A DNA stretch of 34,815 nucleotides, from positions 1 through 34,815 of IMG/VR virus record IMGVR_UViG_3300009095_000040. The stretch is one strand, 5' to 3'. The DNA comes from a virus. Taxonomy: Duplodnaviria; Caudoviricetes. Within the stretch, counting starts at the first letter, position 1. Every line of letters starts with the position of its first letter. A program made the position numbers and the translations under genes. The notes below the pieces were generated by a model. That model was not told the origin of the DNA. It saw nothing but the letters and a program-made list of their open reading frames with translations, and searched no databases. This document shows positions 33,726 through 34,815 of the stretch, piece after piece.

Positions 33726-34401
33726 TGATCACCGCTATCACCTTCTTCGCATCGACCGCGCGGCCGAGCCCGATCTTCCGCCGGCCGACAAGCGGCGACA
33801 CGTTGCGCTTCTCGATGCCGAACTTCTCGCAGAGCCACTCCCAATCCATCGTGTTGCGCGCGAGCACGACGATGTAATCGTAATGCTCGAAGGGCTGCAG
33901 CTCCATTTCGGGTGGACCGCCGGCGTCATTCTGCGCCAGGCCCGCACCGCCGGCGGCGTCGCCATCTTGCGCGGCGATTTCATCGAGCCGGAGCGACTCG
34001 TACAGGTCCGGCATTGCCGACTCGATCTCGGCGACGATCGCATCGACGTCCGCGGTGAAATGGCCTTGTATCCCGGGGTTGTTGGCTGTGAGGTTCGCGG
34101 CTCGCTCGGTGTCGGCGTCCCAATCGACGACACGAACCGGAAACTCGTCATCACCGTGGACGAACCGGGGCGGGTCCGTGAGGAACACCGCCCCTGATTC
34201 CTTGAGAACGTCTACCCGCTGGTGGCCTGCGACAAGGTGCCCCGTCCTGCTGTTCCAGACGATGCCCGAGAGGTCGCCGAACTCCTCGACCGACCGCGTC
34301 AGGCCATGCTTGGCTGCCGGGTCGATTTCTCGAGGATTGTACGGCGCCGGCTGCAGATCATCGGCCGACTTGAGCCGGCGGAGCTTCCCTTGCTTGGCCA
34401 T
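33715..34401 (-). CDS. ParB/Srx-like N-terminal domain protein with distinct C-terminal domain (228 aa)
   Basis: LQPAPYNPR, L.RSVEEFG....IVWN.RTGHLVAGHQR, E...NL..N motifs; 11-nt overlap with the glycosyltransferase gene. Confidence 0.88.
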   Translation of the reverse strand: MAKQGKLRRLKSADDLQPAPYNPREIDPAAKHGLTRSVEEFGDLSGIVWNSRTGHLVAGHQRVDVLKESGAVFLTDPPRFVHGDDEFPVRVVDWDADTERAANLTANNPGIQGHFTADVDAIVAEIESAMPDLYESLRLDEIAAQDGDAAGGAGLAQNDAGGPPEMELQPFEHYDYIVVLARNTMDWEWLCEKFGIEKRNVSPLVGRRKIGLGRAVDAKKVIAVINGE

Positions 34402-34404
34402 GGC

Positions 34405-34797
34405 TTACGCCTCCACTTCGACATTCTCGTCTTCGAACGCCATGTCCTTCTGCGAGTCGGCGAACTCGATGCCAACCGACTCCTCGATGGCCATGAACAG
34501 CGCCGTGAACTCGTCCGGCGTGAGCCTGCGCGCCGGCACGAACTGGTACTTGTGACTGCCGCTCTCGTCGCTCGCTTCGGCATACGACACCGACTCGAGC
34601 AGCTTGCCGTCGGCAGTCAGGCCGACCTTGCCGCCGATGGTGAGTGTAGCGAACCGCTCGCGGCGTGTCGCGGCCTTCTCGGTTTCGGACGTCAAATCCT
34701 CGTCCGCCTGCGAGAACTCGATCTTGATGCCGCTCGCCTTGTCGGTCTTCCGCTTGCCGGTGATCGCCTCGAAGATCCAGTTGACTGAGAACTTCAT
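34405..34797 (-). CDS. Hypothetical acidic protein (130 aa)
   Basis: AAGGA SD; 3 nt from the ParB-like start. Confidence 0.75.
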   Translation of the reverse strand: MKFSVNWIFEAITGKRKTDKASGIKIEFSQADEDLTSETEKAATRRERFATLTIGGKVGLTADGKLLESVSYAEASDESGSHKYQFVPARRLTPDEFTALFMAIEESVGIEFADSQKDMAFEDENVEVEA

Positions 34798-34815
34798 TGT
34801 AGCATCCTTTCTGAC

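Larger units (their letters stand above)
1..34815 (-). mobile_element. Tailed dsDNA phage / prophage genome segment (no att site, integrase or host gene visible)
   Basis: Co-oriented terminase, portal, scaffold, capsid and tail genes; tight ATGA/GTGA/TGATG gene overlaps; no housekeeping genes. Confidence 0.96.

Noticed and set aside
33715-34401. ParABS plasmid-type partition system
   Set aside because: No ParA, no HTH in the protein and no parS repeats; context points to DNA modification
1-34815. tRNA, rRNA, integrase/att sites, reverse transcriptase or diversity-generating retroelement
   Set aside because: No cloverleaf, recombinase or RT motifs, and no template/variable repeat pair seen near the fibre genes

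Overview
The whole window is a high-GC tailed dsDNA phage or prophage (Caudoviricetes), with every credible gene on the minus strand. Read in transcription order (right to left) it has four parts. (1) A putative DNA-modification module: ParB/Srx-like protein, GT-A glycosyltransferase of the TAGT/GREB1 type, and a stand-alone RarA/MgsA C-terminal domain. (2) An early/accessory region of small genes, including a stand-alone MutS domain I, a SprT metalloprotease, an amino-methyltransferase and HTH proteins. (3) Packaging and virion genes: TerS, three inserted genes, TerL, DUF4055-type portal, scaffold, P22-coat-like capsid, head-spike, neck and tail genes, a very short tape-measure candidate, a 1026-aa protein with a large Gly/RGG/charged insert, and fibre proteins. 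(4) A membrane/lipoprotein cluster with no endolysin, then a terminator and a new early-type unit running off the left edge. The most striking unannotated structure is a repeated leader cassette ahead of seven genes: an invariant ACGGACGC, which forms the loop of a hairpin with sequence-divergent stems in the best copies, followed by an A/C-rich ACAGG(A/G)G Shine-Dalgarno. Four copies are preceded by a T(G/C)GAC(T/A)-N17-GAG(A/T)GT promoter. It looks like a CsrA/Rsm-type translational regulon and possibly a gene-shuffling repeat. CCWGG, RGATCY and CTGGAG are nearly absent and CTCGAG is in large excess. All family calls come from motif recognition by eye, not database searches.
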